Shown: piece after piece, positions 1 through 11,774 of the stretch
How the letters are laid out: every line of letters begins with the position of its first letter
How positions within the stretch are numbered: the stretch's first letter is position 1
Translations under genes and position numbers: made by a program
The notes under the pieces: model-generated
The model's input: only the letters and a program-made list of their open reading frames with translations
Databases searched by the model: none
What the model was told of the DNA's origin: nothing
Source of the DNA: an uncultured Gemmatimonadales bacterium
GTDB taxonomy: Bacteria > Gemmatimonadota > Gemmatimonadetes > Gemmatimonadales > GWC2-71-9
Direction of reading: 5' to 3'
Assembly: GCA_963748035.1 (NCBI GenBank)
Contig: CAVVHO010000006.1
Location: 144,176 to 208,175 of the forward strand
Length of the DNA stretch: 64,000 nt

Positions 1-534
1 CGGATTGCACGGCGAATTGATGATTAGCCCCTTCACTAGCTTGTCGTACTTCGCTTCCAGATCCTTCACGCTCACCTTGAGACCCCATTCCGGATCACCG
101 GGCACCATGACCGGCTCGGCCCGGCACAGATGCACAATCTGCGGGTAGGAAACCCACGCCGGCGACGGGATCAGCACCTTGTCCTTGGGACCGAAGAGCG
201 TGAAACAGGCGTTGAAGATCGAATGCTTCGACCCGGAGCTGATCACGATCTGATCCGGATTGATCGCCCGGCTCCCGGACATGAGCGAGAGGTTGCGGGC
301 CACCGCGGCGCGGAGCTCCGGAATCCCGATGTTCGGAGGGTACCGGGTGTAGCCCTTGAGAATCGCCGCGATGCCGGCGTCGGAGGCGGCCTTGGGAGTG
401 TTGAAGTCCGGCTCACCTACACTCAGGTCAACGATGTCCTGGCCCTCAGCGCGCCGTCGCTTGGTCTCGGCACTGATGGCGACAGTCTCGGATGGTTTCA
501 GGTAGGCGATGTTCGACGACAGGCTGTCCGACAT
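1..534 (-). CDS. PLP-dependent aminotransferase, class I/II (aspartate aminotransferase-like); N-terminal 178 codons, 3' part lies outside the window
   Basis: Own reverse-strand translation from ATG 534-532: MSDSLSSNIAYLKPSETVAISAETKRRRAEGQDIVDLSVGEPDFNTPKAA...SSGSKHSIFNACFTLFGPKDKVLIPSPAWVSYPQI...LIINSPCNP. GEPDF and NSPxNP motifs are typical of AspC-type enzymes. Absent from the ORF track because it is open at the window edge. Confidence 0.85.
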   Translation of the reverse strand, partial: MSDSLSSNIAYLKPSETVAISAETKRRRAEGQDIVDLSVGEPDFNTPKAASDAGIAAILKGYTRYPPNIGIPELRAAVARNLSLMSGSRAINPDQIVISSGSKHSIFNACFTLFGPKDKVLIPSPAWVSYPQIVHLCRAEPVMVPGDPEWGLKVSVKDLEAKYDKLVKGLIINSPCNP

Positions 535-687
535 GCTGGGGTCCGGTCTTCATCGGGGATGGCGGCACAGCAGTGCACGCATGCAGGGCGAGGGGTCTTC
601 TCACCGCGAACGGCGAAAAATCCCAACCTCGTCGGGGGATGTCAACTGGCTTGCAGCCGCCGCGCCGATTAGCTTCGAGCCTCGCAG

Positions 688-2187
688 GTGAACGGGCTGT
701 TTGACAACCGAGGATGGCGATGTCTGGACTCGAGGAATTCAATCTCGCGCCGCCCGTTGGGGCGGCGCCTTGAATCATTCGGTTACACCGCGGCGGACGC
801 CGCGATACGCGAGCTGGTAACTGCTGCGGCCCGCGGCACCAACCTGGTCCTGGCCGCACCACCCTCGGCGCGCTATGCCGTGCCCGCGCTGGCGGGCGTG
901 GTGAGCGCTTTGGTCGGAACGGCGGACATGGGGCTGATCCTCGCCCCCGAACACGCCTTGGCCGAGTGGGCCGCCATCCTCCTGCCACTCACCGATGCTG
1001 CGGGACTCCCCGCACTCGCCGCGCACCAGCCAAGTCGGGCGGCTCGCAGGCTTCGCGAGGGAAAGCTCCGCCTCCTGCTTGCCACTCCCGCCACTGCCTT
1101 GGCTTTGCTCGAGCGTAGCGCGCTCAAGACCGACCGGATTCGCCACGTGGTGCTGGCCTGGCCAGAACTGTTCGAATCGGATAGTGCGCTCGAAGCCCTG
1201 ATGCAGGATGTGGCGACGGATGCCCAGCGAATCCTCGTGCCCGCCGCGTACCGCGCAGGACATCCGCTGGTGGAGCGGTACGCCCGCCGGGCGCTCGTCG
1301 CCGGTCCGCTCGCGACCCCGGCGGCTCCGGTCTCCGAAAAGGCCCCCGTTCGGGTTGCCATGACGGGCTGGGCCCAACGCGCGCTGGCATTGACATCGCT
1401 CATTGAGGCAGAGGATCCCGCTTCGTTGGTGATCTGGTGTCTCGACCGACATAGCGCGATCGAGGCGGGGGTCAGATTGGCGTCGGCCGATCCGTCGGTC
1501 CAAATCGCCACCGGATCCTGCCCCAAGGCCGGACTGATCGTCGCGTGGGACATCCCCTCTCCTTCCCAACTCGCCGAGCTCTGCGAAGCCGGCGATCTGG
1601 TGCTGCTCGCGCCCCCCCATGCCACCGGATACCTCGCCGCCGTAGCCGGAAAACAGTCGATCGTCCGGCTGGGTGGCGCGACCGATCAGGCCCGGGACGA
1701 GTCGGCCCGCCGTCGCCAATCGATTCAGACCGAGCTCGAGCGCGCCGATCCGGAGGGATCGCTCCTGGCGTTGGCGCCTCTGTTCGAGCGTCACGACCCG
1801 GCGCTCATTGCCGCGGCACTCTATCGCCTCTGGCTGGCCAAACCGGTGGCGGTGGCTGCCACTCCGGTCCCAGCGATCGAACGAATGGGCCGGGTCTGGG
1901 TGGGTGTGGGAAAGAAGGATGGCGCGGGGCCGGCCGACCTGGTTGCGGCGCTCAGCAAGGACGTGGGCGTGGACGCGGCCAACATCGGCCGTATCGAGAT
2001 CCGAGAGATGTTTTCGCTGGTTGAGGTTCCCGCGACGCAGGCAGAACACATCGCGCGAGAGCTATCTGGAAAGACGATACGCCGGCGGCGGGTGGTGGCG
2101 AAAGTCGACCAGGGAGGGCCTACCGCCGGTTCACGAGGTCCTTCAGGCTCTTCCCCGCGCGGAAAACCGGTGCGACCGAGGCCTTGA
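688..2187 (+). CDS. DEAD-box-helicase-like protein with DbpA-type C-terminal RNA-binding domain; catalytic motifs degenerate
   Basis: ORF track 499 aa. The C-terminus GRVWVGVGKKDGAGPADLVAALSKDVGVDAANIGRIEIREMFSLVEVPATQAEHIARELSGKTIRRRRV resembles the DbpA RNA-binding domain. The N-terminal part follows DEAD-box motif order, but Walker A (AAPPSARYA) and DEAD (LAWPE) are not conserved. The start is uncertain (ATG 720 in another frame, see findings). The 3' end overlaps hup by 68 nt. Confidence 0.7.
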   Translation: MNGLFDNRGWRCLDSRNSISRRPLGRRLESFGYTAADAAIRELVTAAARGTNLVLAAPPSARYAVPALAGVVSALVGTADMGLILAPEHALAEWAAILLPLTDAAGLPALAAHQPSRAARRLREGKLRLLLATPATALALLERSALKTDRIRHVVLAWPELFESDSALEALMQDVATDAQRILVPAAYRAGHPLVERYARRALVAGPLATPAAPVSEKAPVRVAMTGWAQRALALTSLIEAEDPASLVIWCLDRHSAIEAGVRLASADPSVQIATGSCPKAGLIVAWDIPSPSQLAELCEAGDLVLLAPPHATGYLAAVAGKQSIVRLGGATDQARDESARRRQSIQTELERADPEGSLLALAPLFERHDPALIAAALYRLWLAKPVAVAATPVPAIERMGRVWVGVGKKDGAGPADLVAALSKDVGVDAANIGRIEIREMFSLVEVPATQAEHIARELSGKTIRRRRVVAKVDQGGPTAGSRGPSGSSPRGKPVRPRP

Positions 2188-2407
2188 TGGTCATGGCGCG
2201 TCCGGTCCGGGGATTCCGGGCGGTGCGCGCCTTGCGGCGCCGGGGCTCAAAGCTCCCGAACCCGGTGATCTGAACCTTCCGCCCGCGCCTGAGCTCGGCG
2301 ACGATCATACCCTCCGCGCCGAACACGGCATCCACCATGCGCGCCGCCTCCGACTTGGGGCGGCCGAGCAGGTCGGCAAGCGCGCGGACCAGCTGTTGCT
2401 TGTTCAC
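2120..2407 (-). CDS. hup: HU family DNA-binding protein
   Basis: 95 aa. MNKQQLVRALADLLG...KVQITGFGSFEPRRRKARTARNPRTG...APVFRAGKSLKDLV is a typical HU/IHF fold sequence. Confidence 0.9.
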   Translation of the reverse strand: MNKQQLVRALADLLGRPKSEAARMVDAVFGAEGMIVAELRRGRKVQITGFGSFEPRRRKARTARNPRTGRAMTIKASVAPVFRAGKSLKDLVNRR

Positions 2408-2545
2408 GCGGCACTCCAGGTTGAGACTCGGGCAGGTGGGGGGCGGGAGTATAGCAACGCCTTCTTTGCCGCCGCAAGCGTCGCTTGACCCGATCCCGCT
2501 GTCGCCGTATCCTCACGCTCCCTCCCGCCAACAGAGGCCAACTGG

Positions 2546-3151
2546 ATGTACCACGGGTCGCGCCCCGGCTGGATCGAAGTGATCACCGGCGTGATGTTCA
2601 GCGGCAAGAGCGAAGAGCTGATTCGCCGCGTGCGCCGTGGCATCATTGCGCGTCGCCGGGTACAGGTGTTCAAGTCACACCTCGACGCGCGGTACGCCTT
2701 CCTCTATAGCGTTTCCACCCACGATGGCCGGGAGATCGAGGCGACGCCGGTGGACTCGGCCGCCGAGATCTTCCGCCTGGTCCGTCCCGACACCGAGCTG
2801 GTGGCGATCGACGAGGCTCAGTTCCTCGATCCGGAGATCGTCACGGTTGCGAGTGCGCTCGCCGCTCGTGGGGTCCGGGTGATTCTTGCTGGCACCGATA
2901 CTGACTTTCGAGGCGAGGCCTTCGGCGCGATTGGTGACCTGCTCGCGATCGCGGAGTCCGTGGACAAGCTCCAGGCCATCTGTGTCATCTGCGGCGATCT
3001 CGCCACCCGCAACCAGCGGCTCGTGGATGGTAAGCCGGCCCGCTACGACTCGCCGACCATTCTCGTGGGCGGCCGCGAGTCGTACGAGGCCCGTTGCCGC
3101 CATTGCCATCGCGTGCCGCGGAAGGATGAGGATCAGACGGCGTTGTTGTAG
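2546..3151 (+). CDS. tdk: Thymidine kinase
   Basis: 201 aa. Contains the P-loop [22 protein letters not shown], and the C-terminal zinc ribbon CxxC...CRHCH typical of type II thymidine kinases. Confidence 0.93.
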   Translation: MYHGSRPGWIEVITGVMFSGKSEELIRRVRRGIIARRRVQVFKSHLDARYAFLYSVSTHDGREIEATPVDSAAEIFRLVRPDTELVAIDEAQFLDPEIVTVASALAARGVRVILAGTDTDFRGEAFGAIGDLLAIAESVDKLQAICVICGDLATRNQRLVDGKPARYDSPTILVGGRESYEARCRHCHRVPRKDEDQTALL

Positions 3152-3162
3152 CCGAAGGGCTG

Positions 3163-3270
3163 TCGGCTATCAGCTATCGGCTATCGGCTGGGCCGCTTCT
3201 CGATCCTGGTCGCGCCCGAAGGCGGGATTCTTGAGTCCTAGCTGATAGCCGATAGCTGATAGCCGATAGC
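3163..3270. repeat. Inverted pair of heptamer arrays (CGGCTAT/CAGCTAT ... ATAGCCG/ATAGCTG) forming a predicted hairpin between tdk and coaE
   Basis: Left arm tcggctatcagctatcggctatcggct (3163-3189). Right arm agctgatagccgatagctgatagccgatagc (about 3240-3270) is its reverse complement with about 2 mismatches. The loop is about 50 nt. Confidence 0.9.
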
Positions 3271-3282
3271 TCCTTCCCCCCC

Positions 3283-3918
3283 ATGCTCAACGTCGCCCTC
3301 ACCGGTAACATCGCAGCGGGCAAGTCCACTGTAGCGGAGCTCTTTCGCCGTTGGGGGGCGGTGATCATCGACGCCGACCAACTGGTGCGCGAGGTGCAGG
3401 CTCCAGGCTCACCGGTCCTAGCCGCGATCGTGGCCCGCTTCGGCAGCGGTGTCCTCCTCCCCGACGGCTCCCTCGACCGGGCGCGGCTCCGAACGATCGT
3501 GATGTCGGACCCGGAGGCCCGCCATGACCTCGAAGCCGTGGTACATCCGGCCGTACAGGAGCGCCGAAACGTGTTGCTCCACGCTGCCTGGGAGCGCGGC
3601 GCCCAGATTGTGATCAACGACATCCCCTTGCTCTTCGAGGCACTCGATCCGGCGGCATTCGATGCGGTTGTGCTGGTGGATGCGCCGGAAGCGATGCGCC
3701 TGGAACGGCTGACTCGCGACCGCGGCATGGACCTCGACGCGGCGCGACGCGCCATCGCTGCGCAGCAACCCAGCGGCGTCAAGCGAGAGTGGCGGGGTGG
3801 TCCGCGCCGCGAAGGACCGCGGGTGATCGACAACGACGGGGACATGACGCTCCTGGAAGCGCGCACCCGCGCCGTGTGGGACGATCTGGTGGCGCTCAGC
3901 AAGTGGTGGTGTGCCTGA
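3283..3918 (+). CDS. coaE: Dephospho-CoA kinase
   Basis: 211 aa. The N-terminus MLNVALTGNIAAGKSTVAELFRRWGAVIIDADQLVREV matches the CoaE P-loop and DAD motif pattern. Confidence 0.9.
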   Translation: MLNVALTGNIAAGKSTVAELFRRWGAVIIDADQLVREVQAPGSPVLAAIVARFGSGVLLPDGSLDRARLRTIVMSDPEARHDLEAVVHPAVQERRNVLLHAAWERGAQIVINDIPLLFEALDPAAFDAVVLVDAPEAMRLERLTRDRGMDLDAARRAIAAQQPSGVKREWRGGPRREGPRVIDNDGDMTLLEARTRAVWDDLVALSKWWCA

Positions 3919-4022
3919 CCGAATGGGCGGCTTGGCTTCATGTTTATGCAGGGATCGGCGCTACTTGCCCCGGGCTTTTCGACTGCCTATCCTCCCCGCA
4001 CGAAATCCTTCCGGAGATCCGA

Positions 4023-4412
4023 GTGGCCAACATTCCCGCCGACCTGCTGTACACGCCGGAGCACGAGTACGTGCGCCGCACCAAGGATCCAGCCATCGTG
4101 GAAGTCGGGATCACCGACTACGCGCAGGGCGAACTCGGGGATATCGTGTTCGTTGACTTGCCCAAGCCCGGCGCCAAGTTCGCCCGCATGGCCGTCTTCG
4201 GCACCGTGGAGGCGGTGAAGGCGGTCTCCGAGCTGTTCTGCCCGATCTCCGGCGAAATCGCCGAGGCGAATGGCGCCTTGGAAGCCGACCCCGGGGTGAT
4301 CAATCGCGATCCCTACGGAGCCGGTTGGATGGTGCGACTGCGTCTCTCCGATGCGGCCGAACTGGATTCGCTACTCGATGCCACGGCCTACCAGGCGAAA
4401 ATCGCGGGATGA
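4023..4412 (+). CDS. gcvH: Glycine cleavage system protein H
   Basis: In frame within track ORF 3789-4412. A GTG at 4023 gives VANIPADLLYTPEHEYVRR...GTVEAVKAVSELFCPISGEI (lipoyl-lysine motif EAVKA). The upstream part of the track ORF overlaps coaE and looks non-coding. Confidence 0.9.
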   Translation: MANIPADLLYTPEHEYVRRTKDPAIVEVGITDYAQGELGDIVFVDLPKPGAKFARMAVFGTVEAVKAVSELFCPISGEIAEANGALEADPGVINRDPYGAGWMVRLRLSDAAELDSLLDATAYQAKIAG

Positions 4413-4449
4413 ATCATCCCGCGTGCTTTCCGACTTGCTCCTGTTCCGA

Positions 4450-4481
4450 CGCCCCGCGCCTGTGTCGCGGGGCGTTTGCTT
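4450..4481 (+). terminator. Stem-loop plus T-rich tail between gcvH and gcvP (intrinsic terminator or attenuator candidate)
   Basis: cgccccgcg-cctgtgt-cgcggggcg followed by tttgctt. The stem is 9 bp and GC-rich. Confidence 0.55.
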
Positions 4482-4517
4482 CCGGCACTCCTTGACAGCT
4501 GACCTTCGCCTGATCCC

Positions 4518-7418
<2,901 letters not shown>

Positions 7419-7424
7419 GACAGA

Positions 7425-7547
7425 ATTGCCGATTGTCGATTGCCGATTGCTAATTGAAGCGGAGACCCGGAGGGGCGTATGATCGTAGGGTGCGCCGAGA
7501 ACTCAACGCACGCTCAATCAGCAATCAACAATCAGCAATCGGCAATC
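7425..7547. repeat. Inverted pair of heptamer arrays (ATTGCCG/ATTGTCG ... CAATCAG/CAATCGG)
   Basis: attgccgattgtcgattgccgattgctaattga (7425-7457) is roughly the reverse complement of tcaatcagcaatcaacaatcagcaatcggcaat (7514-7547). It overlaps the annotated 5' end of the next ORF. Confidence 0.88.
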
Positions 7548-8306
7548 CACTGGTCTCTCCTCCACGACCCCACCCCCCGCCCGGGCTGGTGGCACATGGC
7601 CCTCGACCTCGCGTTGCTTGAAGAGGCGGCGTGCACCGGCATGGGCTTCGTGAGACTGTACCGCTGGGAGCCATGGTGCCTGTCCTTCGGACGCCACGAA
7701 CCGGCCCTTCACCGCTACGATCGCGAGCGGATCGAGCGTCTGGGACTCGACACCGTTCGGCGACCCACGGGTGGACGCGCGGTCTGGCACGCGCGAGAGT
7801 TGACCTACTCAGTCGCGGCCCCGGTTGCTCGCTTCGGCACGCTGGTCGAGACCTACCGGGCGATTCACGCGACGCTTGCAGCCGCGGTGCGGCGACTCGG
7901 CGCCCCGGCCACCCTGGCTCCGAGCAGTCGGCCGGTCGCGGTATCGGCCGGGGCCTGCTTCGCGAGCCCGGCAGGAGGCGAGGTCCTATCCCTCGGGCGC
8001 AAGCTGGTGGGAAGCGCGCAGCTCAGACAGGGCAATGCGTTCTTGCAGCATGGCAGCCTCCTCCTCGAGGACGATCAGCGAGTGATCAGTGACCTGTCCC
8101 TCGATGGCGCTCCGTTGGCGGATGCGATCACCTTGAGCGCCGCGACAGGCCGGGCGGTGAGTTTCGCCGAAGCCGCCGCGGCTGTCGCCGCCGAGTTGCC
8201 GGGATGGGGTGGAACCTGGTCCGCCGATGCCGGCTTGGAGCCGGCACCGCTGGCGGCGCGACACGCGGATCGGTTCCGCGACCCGACATGGACATGGCGC
8301 CGATGA
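7479..8306 (+). CDS. Lipoate-protein ligase / octanoyltransferase family protein (BPL/LplA/LipB domain)
   Basis: 275 aa track ORF. WHMALDLALLEEA, RRPTGGRAVWHARELTYS and GRKLVGSAQLRQGNAFLQHGSLLL are LplA/LipB-type motifs. The first 23 or so codons are translated heptamer repeat, so the real start is uncertain. Confidence 0.75.
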   Translation: MIVGCAENSTHAQSAINNQQSAIHWSLLHDPTPRPGWWHMALDLALLEEAACTGMGFVRLYRWEPWCLSFGRHEPALHRYDRERIERLGLDTVRRPTGGRAVWHARELTYSVAAPVARFGTLVETYRAIHATLAAAVRRLGAPATLAPSSRPVAVSAGACFASPAGGEVLSLGRKLVGSAQLRQGNAFLQHGSLLLEDDQRVISDLSLDGAPLADAITLSAATGRAVSFAEAAAAVAAELPGWGGTWSADAGLEPAPLAARHADRFRDPTWTWRR

Positions 8307-8331
8307 CCGGGAGACGACTACAATAAAAGGC

Positions 8332-9972
8332 ATGACGCGCCGTCTCCGGCTGCTCACCCGGCTGTTTCCTTCCCTATTTGTCGCCCTTCCCGTAGCCGCC
8401 CAGTCTCCCCCGGCAGCCACGCTGGTGATTGCGGTCGCTGGCGACCCCGCGAGCCCGGTACCCACGCTGTGGCGCAACGACCAGGGCAACCGGGAACTCT
8501 CCGATCTGCTCTTCCTGCGGCTCGCCGATCTGGGCCCGGGGCTCAGCACCATCGACGAGAAGAGCTTCGTACCGCGGCTTGCCCGCCGCTGGCAGCGTCG
8601 CGATGCTCTGACCCTCGTCTTCGAACTGGATCCGCGGGCACGGTGGCACGACGGTACGCCAGTCACCGCACACGATGTTGTCTTCACCCTTGAACGGGCG
8701 AAGAACCCGGCGCTGAGTCCGCAGACCTCGACCTTGCTTCGCCGGATCAGCAGCGTGACGGCCGAGACGGAGGGGCGGCTGGTTGTCCGATTCAGCCAGT
8801 CGTATCCGGAGCAGCTCTACGACGCGACCTACCATGTGCCGCCGCTGCCATCCCATCTCCTGGAGAGCATCACCGCCGAATCGCTGGCGACGTCGCCGTT
8901 CGTGAGCCGACCAATTGGCGACGGGCCCTACCGTTTCGTGCGGCGCCAACCTGGGCAATTGGTTGAGCTGGCCGCAAACACTGAGTTCTTCCTCGGGGCG
9001 CCCCGCGTCACCCGTGTGATGTTCCTTACGGCCAAGGATCCCGAGGCCCGGGCGAACCTCCTCCTGACGGGGGACGTCGACGCGATCGACAACATCTACG
9101 CGCTCCCCAACTGGGCTCGGCTCGAGGCACTCCCCGCTTTCCAGTACTATCCGGTCCCGGGCCCCACCCTGGTTTACGCCAATTTCAATCAGCGCGACCC
9201 GGCCGACAGCGCATCGCCGCACCCCATCCTGGCTGATCCTGCGGTCCGACGGGCCCTGCTCCTGGCCCTGGACCGCGCCGAGATGATTCGTGCGGTCTAC
9301 GGTCCGCTGGCGCGAGTTCCGGATGGACCGCTCTCCGCCATCCTCAACCGTTCGGTGGACGGACCAGCCCCGATTCGTCGCGACACGGCCGGCGCGCGCC
9401 GGCTGCTCGCATCTCATGGGTGGCTGGACCACGATGGCGACGGCGTTCTTGACAAGGCCGGCAAGCCGCTCGCCTTTTCGATCATGATTCCGAGCGTGGT
9501 CGCCTCCCGAGTCGCGCTCGGGACACAAATGCAGGAGGCGTGGCGGCGCCTTGGCATTGGAGCCGCTCTCGACGTTGTCGAGCGCAACATATACGTCGAG
9601 CGCCGGAACGCCGGGCAGTTTGACCTCGAACTGAGCGCCTCATCACAAGACCCCACACCCTCGGGCCTGGTGCAAAGCTGGACCTGCGCCGGCATCGGCG
9701 GCAGCAATGTCTCTCACTATTGCGACCCGAAGGTGGATTCGCTGCTCGCTCGCGCTGGCGTGGCGACGCCGAATCAGGCCAGTCAGCTCTACCGCGAGGC
9801 CGTGCGCCAGATCGCCGATGACGTTCCCGCCATCTTCCTCGCAGCGCCAGTGTTCGGTACGCCTGTGCACCGGCGCTTCACCAACGTCGTAGTGCGTCCG
9901 GAATCCAGTTGGTCGCTCGTTTGGCAATGGGCGCTCAGACCCGGGCAGCAGATCGACCGGGACCGGCCGTGA
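8332..9972 (+). CDS. ABC transporter substrate-binding protein, family 5 (peptide/nickel type)
   Basis: Starts at ATG 8332 (MTRRLRLLTRLFPSLFVALPVAAQ signal peptide) within track ORF 8209-9972. Length and sequence are typical of DppA/OppA-like proteins. Confidence 0.9.
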   Translation: MTRRLRLLTRLFPSLFVALPVAAQSPPAATLVIAVAGDPASPVPTLWRNDQGNRELSDLLFLRLADLGPGLSTIDEKSFVPRLARRWQRRDALTLVFELDPRARWHDGTPVTAHDVVFTLERAKNPALSPQTSTLLRRISSVTAETEGRLVVRFSQSYPEQLYDATYHVPPLPSHLLESITAESLATSPFVSRPIGDGPYRFVRRQPGQLVELAANTEFFLGAPRVTRVMFLTAKDPEARANLLLTGDVDAIDNIYALPNWARLEALPAFQYYPVPGPTLVYANFNQRDPADSASPHPILADPAVRRALLLALDRAEMIRAVYGPLARVPDGPLSAILNRSVDGPAPIRRDTAGARRLLASHGWLDHDGDGVLDKAGKPLAFSIMIPSVVASRVALGTQMQEAWRRLGIGAALDVVERNIYVERRNAGQFDLELSASSQDPTPSGLVQSWTCAGIGGSNVSHYCDPKVDSLLARAGVATPNQASQLYREAVRQIADDVPAIFLAAPVFGTPVHRRFTNVVVRPESSWSLVWQWALRPGQQIDRDRP

Positions 9973-11774
9973 ATCGGTGGGTCGTGCGCCGGGTCGGCCA
10001 GGCCCTCGTCACCTTCCTCCTCGCAGCGACCCTCGCCTTCTTCCTGATGCGCCTGACACCGGGCGACCCGCTCGTCCGGCTTACCGAGGATCGGCCGCTT
10101 CCTCCCGAAGCCGTCAAAGCCATCCGTGACCGCTACGGTATCGACAAGCCGCTGCTCACCCAGTTCGGGCGCTTCCTGGGTGGCATCGCGCGCGGAGATC
10201 TCGGCGGATCGATCGAACACGGTGGCCGCCCTGTTACCGCGCTGATCGCTGAACGCCTGCCCGCCACGGCGATCCTCGGCGGGACCGCCCTGGCCCTCAA
10301 CTTTCTCCTTGGCATCAGCATCGGCGTATTTCAGGCAACTCGCCCCGGAACGACGATGGATCGCGGCCTCACCCTTGTTTCCCTCACCGCCTACGCGATG
10401 CCCTCGTTCTGGCTTGGCCTGGTGCTCGCGTGGGCGTTTGGCACGGAGCTGCACTGGCTCCCTGTCGCCTTCATGCATGAGCCCTGGCTGGCTTCAGACG
10501 CGCCACTGGTCGTGCGCCTCGGCGACCTCTTGCGACACCTGTTGCTCCCCGCGCTTACCCTTTCACTTGTCACCTTCGGCGCCACTGCCCGATACCAGCG
10601 GGCCGCGATGCTCGAGGCCCTGTCGCTCGATTGCGTCCGCGCCGCACGGACCCGCGGACTGCCCGAACGGGCCGTACGCTGGCGGCATGCGTGGCGAAAC
10701 GCCGTAGGTCCCATGCTCGCGCTCTTTGGGCTCTGGCTGCCACTCTTGGTGGCCGGCTCGGTGTTCGTCGAGGCGGTCTTCGTGTGGCCCGGCCTCGGAA
10801 CCCTCGCGGCCGAGGCCATCGCCAGCCGCGACTATCCGGTGATCATGGGAGCAACCATCCTGGTCTCGGCCGCAGTCGTACTGGGGAGCCTGGTCGCTGA
10901 TTTGCTTCACCGCTGGCTCGACCCACGGCTCGGCGACCGCATGAACCCCAGCTGGCGAGCCATCTGGAGCGATAGCGGCGGCCGCTTTGGAATCGTCCTG
11001 CTTGCCGTGCTGTCGGCCATCGTGATCCTCGGGCCGGCGGGGCTCCCGGACCCGCGCGCCATGCCGGACATCGCCCACGGTGTGTTGCTCGCACCGAGCA
11101 GTGCCCATTTCCTGGGCACCGATCATCACAGCCGCGATGTCCTCTCCCGCGTGGTCTGGGGAGGCCGGGTGTCACTGGCTGTGGCAATCGGCGCCGTGGC
11201 CCTGTCCGTCACCGTGGGAGCACTCGTCGGGTTGATCGCCGGCTACGCCGGCGGGCTGGTGGATGGCGTGCTGATGCGCCTGGTTGATGCCGCGCTCGCG
11301 GTACCCCGTCTGTTCCTGCTGCTCATCATGGTCGCGATCATGGAGCGGATCCCGCTCGGCGTACTCATCCTCACTATTGGCGTCACAGGATGGTTCGGCA
11401 CGAGTCGCTTGGTGCGGGCCGAGGTACAGCGGCTTCGCACGCTCGACTTCGTGCGTGGCGCACAAGCGCTGGGAGCCAGCCGCCGCCGGATCATCTTTCG
11501 CCATCTGTTGCCTGGTGTTGCGGCGCCGCTGGCCGCGGCCACAACCCTGGCGGTTGGCGACGTGATCCTGCTCGAGGCGGGACTCTCGTTTCTCGGACTC
11601 GGCGTGCAGCCGCCAACCCCGTCATGGGGAGGGATGATCTTCGATGCCAAGCCGTACTTGGTTACGGCGCCGTGGACGAGCCTCGCGCCCGGTCTGGCAA
11701 TCGTCCTGACGGTGCTCGGGGTGAACCTGGTTGGCGAAGCCCTCACCCGATCCGCAGGCGGGTTCCGGATATGA
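9969..11774 (+). CDS. ABC peptide transporter permease; DppB-like and DppC-like halves in one reading frame
   Basis: GTG 9969 overlaps the upstream stop (GTGA). The first half ends ...ADLLHRWLDPRLGDR and the second half starts MNPSWRAIW (ATG 10941) in the same frame with no stop. Both halves have the permease EAA-loop regions. Confidence 0.85.
   Translation: MNRWVVRRVGQALVTFLLAATLAFFLMRLTPGDPLVRLTEDRPLPPEAVKAIRDRYGIDKPLLTQFGRFLGGIARGDLGGSIEHGGRPVTALIAERLPATAILGGTALALNFLLGISIGVFQATRPGTTMDRGLTLVSLTAYAMPSFWLGLVLAWAFGTELHWLPVAFMHEPWLASDAPLVVRLGDLLRHLLLPALTLSLVTFGATARYQRAAMLEALSLDCVRAARTRGLPERAVRWRHAWRNAVGPMLALFGLWLPLLVAGSVFVEAVFVWPGLGTLAAEAIASRDYPVIMGATILVSAAVVLGSLVADLLHRWLDPRLGDRMNPSWRAIWSDSGGRFGIVLLAVLSAIVILGPAGLPDPRAMPDIAHGVLLAPSSAHFLGTDHHSRDVLSRVVWGGRVSLAVAIGAVALSVTVGALVGLIAGYAGGLVDGVLMRLVDAALAVPRLFLLLIMVAIMERIPLGVLILTIGVTGWFGTSRLVRAEVQRLRTLDFVRGAQALGASRRRIIFRHLLPGVAAPLAAATTLAVGDVILLEAGLSFLGLGVQPPTPSWGGMIFDAKPYLVTAPWTSLAPGLAIVLTVLGVNLVGEALTRSAGGFRI

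Noticed and set aside
2120-2187. 68-nt convergent overlap of the DbpA-like ORF with the HU gene as a possible antisense regulatory arrangement
   Set aside because: The overlapping tail of the plus-strand ORF (GGPTAGSRGPSGSSPRGKPVRPRP) is low complexity. It may be ORF over-extension, or another undetected frame problem, rather than a functional overlap.
3919-4517. Looked for a glycine riboswitch upstream of gcvH or gcvP
   Set aside because: I could not find the conserved GGAGAG ... CACCGAAGGGGCAA-type cores on either side. Only a simple hairpin with a T-tail is present. An Rfam scan would be the decisive check.
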